From the human T2T-CHM13v2.0 reference genome, Homo sapiens, in assembly GCF_009914755.1 (NCBI RefSeq), contig NC_060929.1: a DNA stretch of 64,000 nt; one strand, written 5' to 3'. The notes under the pieces are model-generated. The model was not told the DNA's origin. It did not search any database and saw only the letters and a program-made list of their open reading frames with translations. Positions 1 through 13,518 of the stretch are shown piece after piece; the first letter of the stretch is position 1, and each line of letters starts with the position of its first letter. The translations under genes were made by a program, and so were the position numbers.

Positions 1-12
1 AATCTGAACTTC

Positions 13-207
13 TTTTTCCCTCTCAGGGGATGTTTGACTGTGTCTGGAGGCAATTTTAGTTGTCATTACTTGGCAGGATTGAGTATGGGTTTGGGGTTTG
101 CTACTGTCATCTAATGAGTAGAGGCCAGGGATGGTTCTAAACATCCCACAATGCCCGGGACAGCCCTCATGGCAAGAAACTAGCTGGCTCAAAACAACAC
201 AATGCTC
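13..207 (+). mobile_element. MER20 (hAT-Charlie) relic
   Basis: gtagaggccagggatg...aaacatcccacaatg...ggacagccc resembles the MER20 consensus. Confidence 0.8.
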
Positions 208-418
208 TGCTCTATAGACATGGAAAGTAAAGGATTGTATCAAGGCTATCCTCTTTTGCCAGAACTCACTTAGACAGATCTACTTTTTCATAAAAGTATC
301 AAACATAGCTACAAAAGATGGGTGAGACAGTAACCTCCTCAGCAAAACTCTAGCTTTCTTTTGAACTATTCAAAGCCAAGATAGCTTTGCTTCATATTGG
401 CAAAGAAAACAGGAATGA

Positions 419-733
<315 letters not shown>

Positions 734-2106
734 TAATTGTTAGGAAGAAAACAAACAAACACAAAAATCAACCTTAAGTCTCTAAAAGAAAAAAAAAAAA
801 GGAAATAAATTTCAAGACTGCATCAGGGTTGGCATGCTATCAATTAGTATATGACATCAAAACATTAGTTTTTTCTTTTTGTTATCAATGAGCTTTTTCA
901 AAGCACTAATTATAGGCAAAGCTTATTTTCCACAACTGCTGTGAAAACTATTTTTTGTCACAACTGACCTGAAATTTCCTTTGTCTTGCAAGATCATCTG
1001 ACCTTTGCACCTACGCTTTGCACTCTTATGCTTGGCAATATCTTCATTTCCAAGGAAATAGTTGCTAAAAGAGAATTTTTGAGGTGTATGTCTCCATACA
1101 TCCTTCTCTTTTTAGCTTCACAATAGCAGGCACCTAGAATCTATTATCTTTCATCTCCTGGCACCCCACTTCCCATTATGTTAATAGGCTATTTAAATTA
1201 ATTTGTTGTCTATCTTGGGAATAGACATGGGAGAAAGTTGAAGGAGCTATGGTTCAGCCTCTGAAATTAAATTCTGAAATTAAATTGTGAAATTAGAGTA
1301 AAATGCTACCTTAATAAAATAATTATTTTATGCCATTACCTTAGCACTTCATACTTTGCATTTAAAACATTTTTACATTGAATTTTCTCATTGGTGGGAA
1401 TACATTATTAGACAGAATAATAGATAAGTACATAGTCTTACGAATCAGACATCCGACTTTGGTTCTTAGCTCTCTCTCTTACTATCTGTAGGAACTAGGG
1501 CAACGCTCCAGCATTTCTATATAAAGGGACTTAGGGGCAGCTATCTGGTAGCAGGACTTTTAGTGTTAGAAGCTTTGTTTGCATAGTAAGCATGATGTTT
1601 TTACATGGTTATGTTTTTATTTAGAAAAATTAAGTGAGAACTGATGGAAATTATTGGGAAAGAAAGCACAACCATGCTGTCCCACCCTGTACTGCCTCTC
1701 CCCCGACCTTGACATCACAACTGAGCAAACTCTTTTACCTTTCATTTCTTTAATTTCTATAAAACAGATATAGTTCTTCTGACCTTACGGAGTTGCTATA
1801 AGGACAAAATAGGGTGATAAGTAAAGTGATTAACATAGAGCCTGATATATAGTAAATATAGAAAATATTAAAATTATTTATACATTTTCAATCAAAATAA
1901 GAATAATGCAATTCTAAATCTTCATATCAAATGATTCATGTTAAATGTGCTTGCTCAACATACAAAATATAATACTTGAATAGGCTCCAAAATCTTTATT
2001 AATTATATCAGTTATTAGAAAAAGCCACAATTCCAAAATAAATTCATTCCAGGCATTTTATATTTATCATGGCTTTTGTAAACTTAGAGATATAGTAATG
2101 ACTGAG

Positions 2107-2419
2107 TTTATTTTTATTTATTTATTTATTTATTTTGAGACAGGGTCTCACTGTGTCACCCGCTGGAGTGCAGTGGCATGATCTGGGCTCACTGCAATCT
2201 CTACCTCCCAGAGGTTCAAGTGATGTTCCCACCTCAGCCTCCCAAGTAGCTGGGACCACAGGCACGTGCCACTACACCCTGCTAAGAATTTTTTTGTATT
2301 TTTTTGTAGAGATAGTCTTACTATGTTGCCCATGTGGTCTTGAACTCCTAGGTTCAAGCGGTCCGCAACTCAGCCTCCCAAAGTCTGGGGATTATAGGCG
2401 ACAGCCATGGCATCTGGCC
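2107..2419 (-). mobile_element. Alu (J-like), antisense, intron 4
   Basis: (TTTA)n tail then gagacagggtctc...ctggcc; dimeric and diverged. Confidence 0.92.
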
Positions 2420-4016
2420 AATGCCTGAATGTAGAATCTAGTGGGTACAAAATTCGCCTGATACATCAGAGCTCAGTCCAGCTTTTGAAATATGAAGCCA
2501 ATCATACTATCTCAAGTGTCTTTATTGTTCTTATAACATTGTAGTCATTTTGGGACTTAATTTATGGAATCATTACATTAGTTAGTTATGAAAGCCACCT
2601 CAAAAGTGTCACTAATGGAGATTCAATCAAAGCTTGAATGGTTACCAGTCTACATAGAGAGATGATTTTGTTCTGGCTATCTAAAATGAGCTATGAGTGT
2701 GTTTGTGTGTTTTTGTGCATGCCCAAAGACATTTAGATCTGTATCTATGTTTGTATCTGCAATTATATTATTTTCAATTTTAATAATTCCAGTTTAATTT
2801 GGAGTAATAATACTAATAAAATATCAAGTTTAATTGTAGCTTCCTTTATGAATAAAACTATTCTTCCCTTTGAAGAGCATATAAATATATAGTAACAATG
2901 ATTAAAACCTCCAGCTTTGAAGGTAGATAATCTTGGGTCCAAATTTCAACTGTGCCTCTTGTTATGTGACTTTGGACAAGTTCAGGTACAATAAATGCAT
3001 AATAATACTTATTAAATGAGGAAGCAATTCACTCTACCCAGTGCTTCATAGTTAATTAAGGTCTCAATAATTATTAGATATATTTTAACATCAGTAATTG
3101 CTCCGTTATATCATAGAATGATAGATTCTTAATTCTGTTCAATTAAAAATTATACTAATTAGAAAATCTCTTAAAAATAAATTTTCCTAAAATAATACTT
3201 TCCTTACATCAATAATATCTGTACAATGTAAGAGATATAGCTAAAAATATGAAATTTTAAAAATCATCAACCCATTACCATTACAATTTGAGATTATATT
3301 CATATTTACCCAAAGGTGGTCAAGACATTTGACTTTCAAATCTTCTCCCTCCTGGAGTTCCAGCCCAGGACTTGAGACTGAGAAAATCTGTATACTTTAA
3401 TAAGAACTAACTAATAAGGCATAAACTAATTAAGATTTACTGGCAAACATTTTTCAAATATGTCTGTGTATGTGCTTTTAACATTTCTTGTTTTCCATTA
3501 GATATTCTTCTACTCTATAATATCCTATTTAATGACATCTTCTGGAAGATCCTAGTGACAGTGTAGTGTAGAATTAATGCCACACCATTGTGCAACACAG
3601 GTATTTGTACACTCACCTTTAGCAATTAAAGCTAACAGCTAACAAGTTCTTACAAACAGAAGGTCCTGCTTTAATTAGCAGTTAAGATCTTAGAATTATC
3701 AACATTCATTTACAAGCAAACAGTAAACGAGCTTAAGTTCTTAAAACAGTTGGCTCTGTTAAATATATTCACTGAGCGGTTTCACTTGAGCAATTAATTT
3801 GCAAAGAGAAAAACCAAAACCAAAAACTTAAGTGATCATAAATTTTCAATAAATATAGTTGAGGTAAGTGAGGTGCTATTATTTGGTCTGTGAAAATGAA
3901 CAGACTACATTAAGTCTTATGTAATTTTTTCCTGGACTTGGTGGATTTCTTCATTGGGGATCACTCTGTGTTTTCAATCAGAATGTGAGATATTCTCTAG
4001 AAAAACAATCATTTAA

Positions 4017-4172
<156 letters not shown>

Positions 4173-5356
4173 TAATATTCCTTCTCCATTTGTATCCTCC
4201 CTCACCTACAGTCTTTCTGATTGCCATGTTAATTAATTGAAAGAAGCATAACAAATTTCAAAGTTGTATTAAGTTATGTTACTGACTTCGATGATTTTGA
4301 CCATCTCTTTCATCTTAATCCCAGCTTGCTCCGATTAGGGTGATTCCTGCAAAAGAAGGGCTGATTTTATTAAGAATTACAATAGGTTTCCTTGAGTTGC
4401 AAACTTTTAATATATTGGTTGCATAGAGCCTTTTTTTTTTTTGTAAGGGATTGTAAAGCCAACCCTGGACTCAATAGAAAAGGTGCAATCTTTAATTATA
4501 TATCCTCTTCCTTTCTCTCCTATGGGCCTAGGAAGGGACTATAGCAGCACATTGCTAGTTAAGGCCTGCCCCACAGGACAATTATTTCATTGATAAAATA
4601 TATGTGAACTACTACTTGACACACATAAGATCAAATATAAAACCATTATTTTTACATTTATTATTTTTATCAGATAGATAATAGAATGTAGCAAGAGGAT
4701 CCATGATGATCTAACACAGATTATGCTTTAGTAACCTTTACAAATATTTCCTGCCTGAATCAAAGCCAAGCAAACCTAAATTTCCCAAAACATTTTCCTT
4801 ACTATTTGTTCAGCATCCATGAAAGGTCAATTGCTTCTTTTACATTTTTTGTCTGCCAGTTGTACATATTGGACAGAATAAAAATCTGATTATAGATTTT
4901 AAAAGTATGTTTGTAGAAATGTAATTTCTCAACCAGGGAGTCCACCAAGTCATAGTAATCACAGTTTGAAAAACGTTGATGATCAGAGAAGTAATCACCT
5001 GTTTATCACTTCATCAATACCAGAGGAAACCAGAGGAAAAATATCACTGGACATCATATTTACCTAGAAAAATTCTCATTATAAAACTTATTTCATGTTT
5101 TCCTGAATCCAAGAATGAAATATATTTAATTATAAAGTTAAAGCTTCCCTGTGCTTTAGAGAGATAAGCCTTCCTTTCTTTTAATACTCCAATTGGGACT
5201 ACTTCTTTCTTGTGTCAGCTAAAATTCAAGAACTGTTGATTTCTCTGCCATCAGGTGGCCAGTTGAAAATGATCCTCTGAACCCAAACACAATTTAATAT
5301 TACTCATTGCTATCAGAATAATTCAGTCACCAGCACATTCTCTGCCTCATATCATC

Positions 5357-5597
5357 ATTTTTGTTGTTGTTGTTGTTGTTTTGTTTTGTTTTGTTTTGGA
5401 CAGGGTCTCGTTCTGTTGCCCAGGCTGGAATGTGCAGTGGTGTGATCTCGGCTCACTACAGCCTTCGCTTCTGGGGCTCAACTGATCCTCCCACCTTGGC
5501 CTCCAGAGTAGCTGGGATTTCAGGCACGCACCACCATACCCAGCTAATTTCTGTATTTTTTGTGGAGATGGGGCGTCGCCATGTTGCCCAAGCTGGA
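5357..5597 (-). mobile_element. Truncated Alu (J-like), antisense; hosts the cassette exon
   Basis: (TTG)n/(TTTTG)n tail, right arm and partial left arm ending atgttgcccaagctgga. Confidence 0.92.
5404..5523 (+). CDS. GABRG2: Alternative Alu-derived cassette exon (120 nt, +40 aa; gamma2XL / longest isoform)
   Basis: ggacag acceptor at 5398-5403 and cag|gcacgc GC donor at 5524. In frame and stop-free: (W)[39 protein letters not shown](D). Agrees with the recalled GABRG2 long isoform. Confidence 0.82.
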
Positions 5598-6738
5598 TAT
5601 TATCACTGTTTTCCTCAATTTTCATCACATACTATCATATCTCTCTCCATCTCCTCCATCCCTTCTAGGGACTCTCTCTTTTTTTTCCTCCCTCTTTAAT
5701 TAATATAAACATATAATAGATAAAGCTGCATCAAAAGGAACAGAAAGGGGGAACTATGTGGGATTTTATTCCAAGTACTCAATCAGTGTTCATAATCAAA
5801 CTAATCTTTACATGGCATTATTATTTATTATCACATAATAATTAGTATTATTAGTAGACAAACTGTTAAAATGATTTCTGATTTTTATTTATTTTCTTGA
5901 AAAAGTTAATTCTGCAGTTGACTTCATAATAATGTTTATCCATTCAACAAATATACATTGACCATCAATTCTGTGAGATAAGTACTATTATCCTCCCTAT
6001 AAGAGGACAAACAATTTAGGAGGAAAAATATACACTTGTCCAGGGTAGAATGGCTGGGAAATGGTACTCATAACCACTACTTTATCTCACCTCCCCAGTG
6101 TGATGTCTTCAATGAATACTCTCTGTTCTATTAGTACAAGCTCATTGATATCTTCCTCTTAGCATTTCTACTTACTACTGCTTTGAATTGTGTATTTCTG
6201 TGTATATTAAAATGGAGTCCCAACAAATCGAGAAAGAAAGATAATAAATAATTTAGGTTATGTTTTCCAACTATCTTCCACTTCAAATGCATTCTTTGGA
6301 GAAGTTTTGAGTCTGTACTGTCTTATTATTTTCTGTTTCTATGTGACTCAAAATCTTGCTCTGTTAACTGCCTTTCACTGTGATACAAGACTTTGTATTT
6401 CTACTATTTATTATAGACTGGTCACTTGGTATGCACTATTCCAGATGATGTAAAGTATGCATATGGCATATATAAAATCACATGTAGTATACCTTCTATG
6501 TCATTTAAATTATTTTCAAGAGTAAATTTGACCTTTGGATTTTTGAATCTAACTTCCCATTAGGATGCAAAGTCATTGTAATTTATGTTCTCATTGCAAT
6601 GCCCTTTGGTCCAAGATCCTCATTTAGCTTGTAACTATCTTTCTCAGTCTTTACCTCAGTGTCATGTTCATAGAAGATGGTTGCTACATATGCTAATTTA
6701 TAATCATTTTTAATGTGAGCTTTCCTATCTCACGGCAG

Positions 6739-6876
6739 ATGGCTATCCACGTGAAGAAATTGTTTATCAATGGAAGCGAAGTTCTGTTGAAGTGGGCGAC
6801 ACAAGATCCTGGAGGCTTTATCAATTCTCATTTGTTGGTCTAAGAAATACCACCGAAGTAGTGAAGACAACTTCCG
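6739..6876 (+). CDS. GABRG2: Exon 6 (138 nt): [47 protein letters not shown]
   Basis: cggcag acceptor and g|gtaaga donor at 6877. Phase 1/1. Confidence 0.97.
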
Positions 6877-8213
6877 GTAAGATGCACTGGCAAAGAATTT
6901 CAAGTGACCCTTCCAGAGTTGAAATTTTGGTATATATGAATTAGAAGATTTTTCAATACCTCTCAATGAATGATAATCAGAAAATTAAATGAAGTGTTTT
7001 AACTTTCTAGAGAAAATTATAATTGAAATTCAAGTAGAATAGATAAATATAAATATATTCTACCAATATGGGAAAATTGGATTCAAATTGGATTAGTAAA
7101 TTATTCCCTAATTTATTTAAGGAAAAATGAATATAATTATGAAAAAATAAAATATTTATTAGATGTACCTGTTTTAGAAAGTATGTTTCATAATGTAGTG
7201 AAATCGCCACATTTCACACAGGAAGAGTGAATTTTTTACAAATGCAGAAAAGTAAGCATAGTGGATATGGACCCATTCTCCATTCAGTAGTTTAATATTT
7301 TAAACTTATCCATCAGTGGATAATAGAACAAGCCTTGAGTATCAGACAGGATTGGGTTCAAATTCCAATTGCATCAGTTATAAGCTATAGACATTGGGCA
7401 AATGTATTGAATCTCTGAGATCAGCTTTTCCAGATACCTAATGTGCATTAAAAAAAATTGCATCACAGGAAGACAGTGTGTATGCAAAATATAAATGAAA
7501 TGAAATGCTTAGAATGATAGCTGGCACATAGTGAGCACTTGGTCATTAGTAGCTCTTACTAATATTAATTATGATTATCAGATGTGCATGATAATATGGT
7601 CAGGAATTGAGATTTATTTTAAGACAAGCTAAAAGTAAATATTTTTATATTAAATCTCATGATTTGTAATAGTTATCAATTGTTGATTTAAAACCCTCTG
7701 TCGGGCAAGTTAGATATGTTTCCAGACCAGATATGTTTCTGTCTCATGGGTGGCCAGTTTGAACTCTCAGCAATGTTGCTTATATCCTCTATGTAGATTA
7801 ATCCAACTACTCTTTTTAAAATTATGTTAATTTACATATGTTCGAATTTCAAATACAAACATTGTGTTCTCAGCTTACCATCTATTAAGATGTCATTTGA
7901 AGCATATTTCCAAGAGTTGAGGTGTTTGCTGTTGATTTAGTCACAAACACCTGATTATTTTCTAGAATTCATAGGAAATATTTTTTGCGTATGGAATAAT
8001 TTGGAATCAGGCCTTCATCTACTTTACAGAGAGAAGCAAATAAAGGACCTACACAAAGATGGAAATTTATGATTCGATTCTACTTTCAAAAGTACCATCC
8101 TTCAAATCAAAGAATTATCTGGCTGTAACATTGTTTTGAGCATTTGCAACTGTCTCCTAAAGGTTCTTTTATTTGGAAAAAAGAATCTGAAAGAAGGTCA
8201 TAGTAATGCTTGA

Positions 8214-8593
<380 letters not shown>

Positions 8594-8672
8594 TAGAACA
8601 ATCTTTCATCTGGTTCAAAAAGGAAAAGTTCAGGATTGCCTTAGAACTGAAGTCTTCCATTGGCGAAAGAAA

Positions 8673-8678
<6 letters not shown>

Positions 8679-8712
<34 letters not shown>
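8679..8712. repeat. (CA)n microsatellite
   Basis: Direct read. Confidence 0.95.
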
Positions 8713-8713
<1 letters not shown>

Positions 8714-9710
8714 ACGTAAAATTAATCTCCAGTTCTTCATGCTTCCAGAATGAGAAATTGGGCATTAAGTTCTGTTGTATATTCATATTTCTATAATTAT
8801 TCCAGCACTCTAAAACAGAACCCACAAACTCGTGACTAGAAGATTTCTTGTTTAGTTGTTTTGAGCCCAAGAGTGGTATGAAGAACTAATGGTGGAGACA
8901 GAAGGGTTGATTTTACATCACAGAGCCTAACATTACCACCTCCCCAATGTCTCGTGTGGAGGATGATCTAGGGAATTTACTATCTATTAGGAGACACTTG
9001 TGGGAGAAAATTATCTACTTACTTTAAGCATAGCAAAAATAATTAACAAGGTCTCACAAGGCTATTAATCTTCCTAAGGAAATCACAGCAAAACAGTATT
9101 GAAAAGATACTACATTTCACACTGAGTACCATCATGTAACTGATCTCATCAACTCCTTTGTGCATCCTAATATTGTGAATAGCCTTCACAGTTGGCCTTC
9201 TCTCCCACTCCTCACCCTGCTGGTTTGTATTTTGTGTGTAGTACTATTTCAACGGGCTCGGTGACGAGAAAGGGCTGAATTGAACATTAGTGTTGATAAC
9301 GAAAGGCAGCCTGATTTCTGTGACAGCTGATTTTTTTAATGATTGGAAGTTTTTGCTTGATATTTGCTTGATTTTTGATGCTATTCTTATCTTCAAAGCA
9401 TAGCTGTGTAACTAATGAATGTCTACAAGGAAGTTATGTTTACAAGTTTCTTGGGAAATTATCAGGAGATCAATCTTAGCCAATTATAATGTGACTTTCT
9501 TTTAGACTTGTGGTAAATGTATCTCCCTTTAAGATGCCTCTTTTGTAACTGGGGGAGAATATTGCCAAATTGCGACATAGCTTAGTGAAGGATTTTCCAA
9601 CCTTTATTCATTCAAGCTTTGTTATATCCAAGTAGTGACTGTACTTCTGATTCCTAATTTTTTTCTTTAAATTGATTCATGTGGGTTTTTTTCTTGAATG
9701 CGTAATGAAT

Positions 9711-10089
9711 TTTATTATTTTGTTTTAACTTTTAAGTTAGGGGGTACATGTACAGGTTTGTTATACAGGCAAACTTGTGTCTTGGCGGCGGGGGGTTGTT
9801 GTATGGATTATTTTGTCACCCAGGTATTGAGCCAAGTACTTCTTAGTTATTTTTCCTGATCCTCTCCTTCCTCCCAACCTCTGCCTTCCCAAAGACCTCA
9901 GTGTCTGTTGTTCCCTTCTATATGTCCATGTATTATCATCATTTAGCCCCCACTTACAAGTGAGAACATGCAGTATTTGGTTTTCTTGTCCTGTATCAGC
10001 TTGATAGGGATAGTGGCTTCCAACTCCATCCATGTTCTTGCAAAGAACATGTTCTCATTTTGTGTGGCTGCATAGTATTCCTTGATACA
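9711..10089 (-). mobile_element. L1 3' end (older primate L1PA/L1PB-like), antisense
   Basis: ggggtacatgtacaggtttg...gtgagaacatgcagtatttgg...gtggctgcatagtattcc; ORF 9761..10033 is a degenerate L1 tail. Confidence 0.85.
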
Positions 10090-11736
10090 TGGTTTTTTAA
10101 TGAAGTTAATTTTTTAAAGGAAAGTTAATATAAGGACCATAATTGGAAAACCAGGACATTTAACAAAAATACAAGTGATATAAAAATATGATTAAAAAAC
10201 AAGTGAATACTCTTACACTTTAAGTGCATATATTTGTGTTCCCTAGACTTTGAATATGTTGAAAAAGAGAGAGAGAGAAAAGGATATTAGAGCTTGAGTA
10301 AAGAGCAATTAGTACCAAATCCAGACATTCTCTTTGATATAAACAGAAGAATAGAAGCATTTCATATGAGAGAATTTGCTCACCAGGAAATTTAATGCTA
10401 TGTGAGAGTCCTTGCATCCACCACCTGAATCATCTCCTTTATTACTACTTTATTTGTACTACAGCTGAGAAAAATATTTCCCCTGTGGTGGGTCGATAAG
10501 ATTTGAAGAATATTTTTAATTCATTGTCAATATGCTAGAACAGATTCTGGATCCATGATTTCTTCTTCAAACTATAATTCCTTCCTGATTGTTCTATATC
10601 TGGTAGAAGAACAACCATTGCCCCAGTGAGCCAGGCGTGAACACTCAGAGTCATGTCTCTGCCTCCCACATCTAATGAATCATGAAGGCACTTATGCTTC
10701 TGAAATATCTTGTGTAACTGTCCTCTTTTCAGTTGCCATTGCCACTGTCCTAGTTCATGATTTTGTCTGTTCTCATCTGGAATGTGTCAGTAGCTTATTA
10801 AGTTATGTGCCTGCTGTCAATTTCTCTCTCATCTCCAGTCTATGCCTTTCACCTTAATTATAAAAGCTAGCACTTACTAAGCACTAACTACATACACCAT
10901 AGCAAGCACTATGTGTAAATGATCTGCTTTCTCATAACCATAGTTAACATTTACTATTAACACAGATGGTATCACTGCAGATGAGAAAATTGAGACTTCG
11001 AGGGGTTCATTTTCCTGCAGAAATCAAGGGCAAGCACTGGGACAGAAACTCAAGTGGTCTGCTCTGACATTCATACTCTTAATCACAACACTATTTGACT
11101 CCCATCATGGCCCAGTGAGCTGATATATCCCTTCATCATGTCTCAATAATTCAGTAGGTTCAATTGAGCACAAGCTATTGTTTCTAGTATATAAGAATCT
11201 GGTCTCAGGAACTTTCCAGTCTTGTTTTCTACAATTTCCCAGCTTGTGAAAGAACCGAACTATTAATATGTTTCTGTGTTTAACTAACCAGTCTTACACT
11301 CACATTGAATCTCAATCTCTTTCTGTTTTGAATGACTTCTTAATGCATCACTACCATCTCATCTCTATGACTTTAAGGCTTAAATCAGTGGCATCTCTTC
11401 AACAGTGCCTTTGCTGATCTTAATACCAAAACAACTTGAAGCGATTTTTAAGAATGTTCACCACGGGAGTCAGACAGCTCAGGTTTTAACACCAGCTTTG
11501 CCATTTACTAGTGGTGTGACTTTATATAAATCATTTAATATATCCGAGCCCAATATCACCAGTATCAACAGGGTTGCTCCAAGGATTAAGAAACATACTA
11601 CATTAAAAATCTGCCTGATAAGTGGGAAGGACTTGGCAAATGGAAGGCAACAATATTACTGTTATTATCACTATCATTATTATTCCATTAACTCCTCCAA
11701 GAGCATTTTCACCCACCTTAAGAAAACATGATTTCT

Positions 11737-12298
11737 ATGTGCCACATTTTCTTAATCCAGTCTATCATTGTTGGACATTTGGGTTGGTTCCAAGTCTTTG
11801 CTATTGTGAGTAGTGCCACAATAAACATACATGTGCATGTGTCTTTATAGCAGCATGATTTATATTTCTTTGGGTATATACCCAGTAATGGGATGGCTGG
11901 GCACATATACACCATGGAATACTATGCAGCCATAAAAAATGATGAGTTTATGTCCTTTGTAGGGACATGGATGAAGCTGGAAACCATCATTCTCAGCAAA
12001 CTATCTCAAAGACAAAAAATCAAACACCGCATGTTCTCCCTCATAGGTGGGAATTGAACAATGAGAACACTTGGACACAGGAAGGGGAACATCACACACT
12101 GGGGCCTGTTGTGGGGTGGGGGTAGGGGAGAGGGATAGCATTAGGAAATATACCTAATGTAAATGACGAGTTAATGGGTGCAGCACACCAACATGACACT
12201 TGTATACATATGTAACAAACCTGCACGTTGTGCACATGTACCCTAGAACTTAAAGTATAATATATATATATATATATATATATTTATTTATATAAAAT
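11737..12298 (+). mobile_element. L1PA 3' fragment with 5' inversion and 15-bp TSD
   Basis: About 11737-11900 is antisense L1 ORF2 end and about 11900-12260 is sense 3' end, with a (TA)n tail. TSD gaaaacatgatttct at 11722-11736 and 12299-12313. Confidence 0.92.
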
Positions 12299-13490
12299 GA
12301 AAACATGATTTCTGCCTTGTGTTGCCTGGGCACTTGCTTTACTCCTCAGTCCCTGACCCCTTACTCCACTACATAAGCTTCACAACAGAAACCTTCTTTT
12401 AATCATCTCTAAGCCAGTCACCAGACTAATAGTCATAGTGGACTATTAACCTGGTGGCTGACTTAAAGGTGATTATAGATAATGGTGGTATTAATCACTT
12501 GTGACAATTACATTGATACAACAGTATATCATTCATCAATGAAATACATAATGTGGAATGCTATTATATATATTTTCCATTGCTCATTGTGTTCTCTAAG
12601 CTAGAAGAGATTATTCTTTTTGTCATGTTGCCACGGCCAGCTCATCAAATTCTATCCATAATTTTTGACTCTTTTTTCTTCTCTGTTGTCATCCTGAGAT
12701 GTGGGCTAGAAAAGTGGACAAATGGGTTTCTTACGGGAAACTTACATTGGTGGGATCCTCCTGCCATCATAACGAATCACAGGGAAATATACCACATTTC
12801 TCCCAAATCAGAATACCATTAAATCTGTCATATTGTCTTTAGCAATGCATCCAAAACACCAAGGTTTCATGAAACATCTTCATAATTATTTCTGGCATAA
12901 CCATGTAAATTATTTTCTGTTTTTGTTGTTTTTAATCCCAGTTTTTTCTTAGATTCCATGTTCTAGTTATATTTTCCTGATTTTTATCACAAGGAATATA
13001 TAACTAGGAAAATGAAAAATCTGTGTACCACTAAATTTATCTTCCTTTCCACCAGTGACATGCAGATCACAATTTCAAAACATCAGCTCCATGGATGAAG
13101 TTCATGCTTGTTGCCTGATTTCTAAAGTATACATATACTGTATCTTTACGTGTTGGGCATCATTCTCCCATCATACTGTTCCCTTCCCTGAGATTTTCTT
13201 ACTATGTTACACCTATCCCAAAGTCTCTGCTCCTATTTATTTTATTATTTAATACCAAGTTCAAGTCCAACCTTCTCTGTCTACATCAATGTTTACATAT
13301 GAATAAAATGCTTCCTGAAATAGAGAACAATAGCTTCCACCTTTTAGGCTGTTTTAATTTAAATGTCCTTGGTAAGGAGACATGCGTAAAACTTGACTCA
13401 CGATTTAGATGATATATTTTGGCAGAAAAAAAGGAAAGTTAAAAAGCTACAAGTTAATGGTACTTTTTAAATTGAAGAGGTTGGAAGGGA

Positions 13491-13518
13491 AACAACAACA
13501 ACAACAACAACAACAACA
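13491..13518. repeat. (CAA)n microsatellite
   Basis: Direct read. Confidence 0.9.

Noticed and set aside
2135-2428. Alu-derived ORFs (also 8229-8870, 40607-41023, 43940-44128, 52332-52705)
   Set aside because: Typical Alu translations with no independent gene structure.
11718-11915. L1 ORF2-like peptides (also 9761-10033 and 45364-45546)
   Set aside because: Truncated 3' L1 fragments without a promoter, ORF1 or reverse transcriptase; not active.
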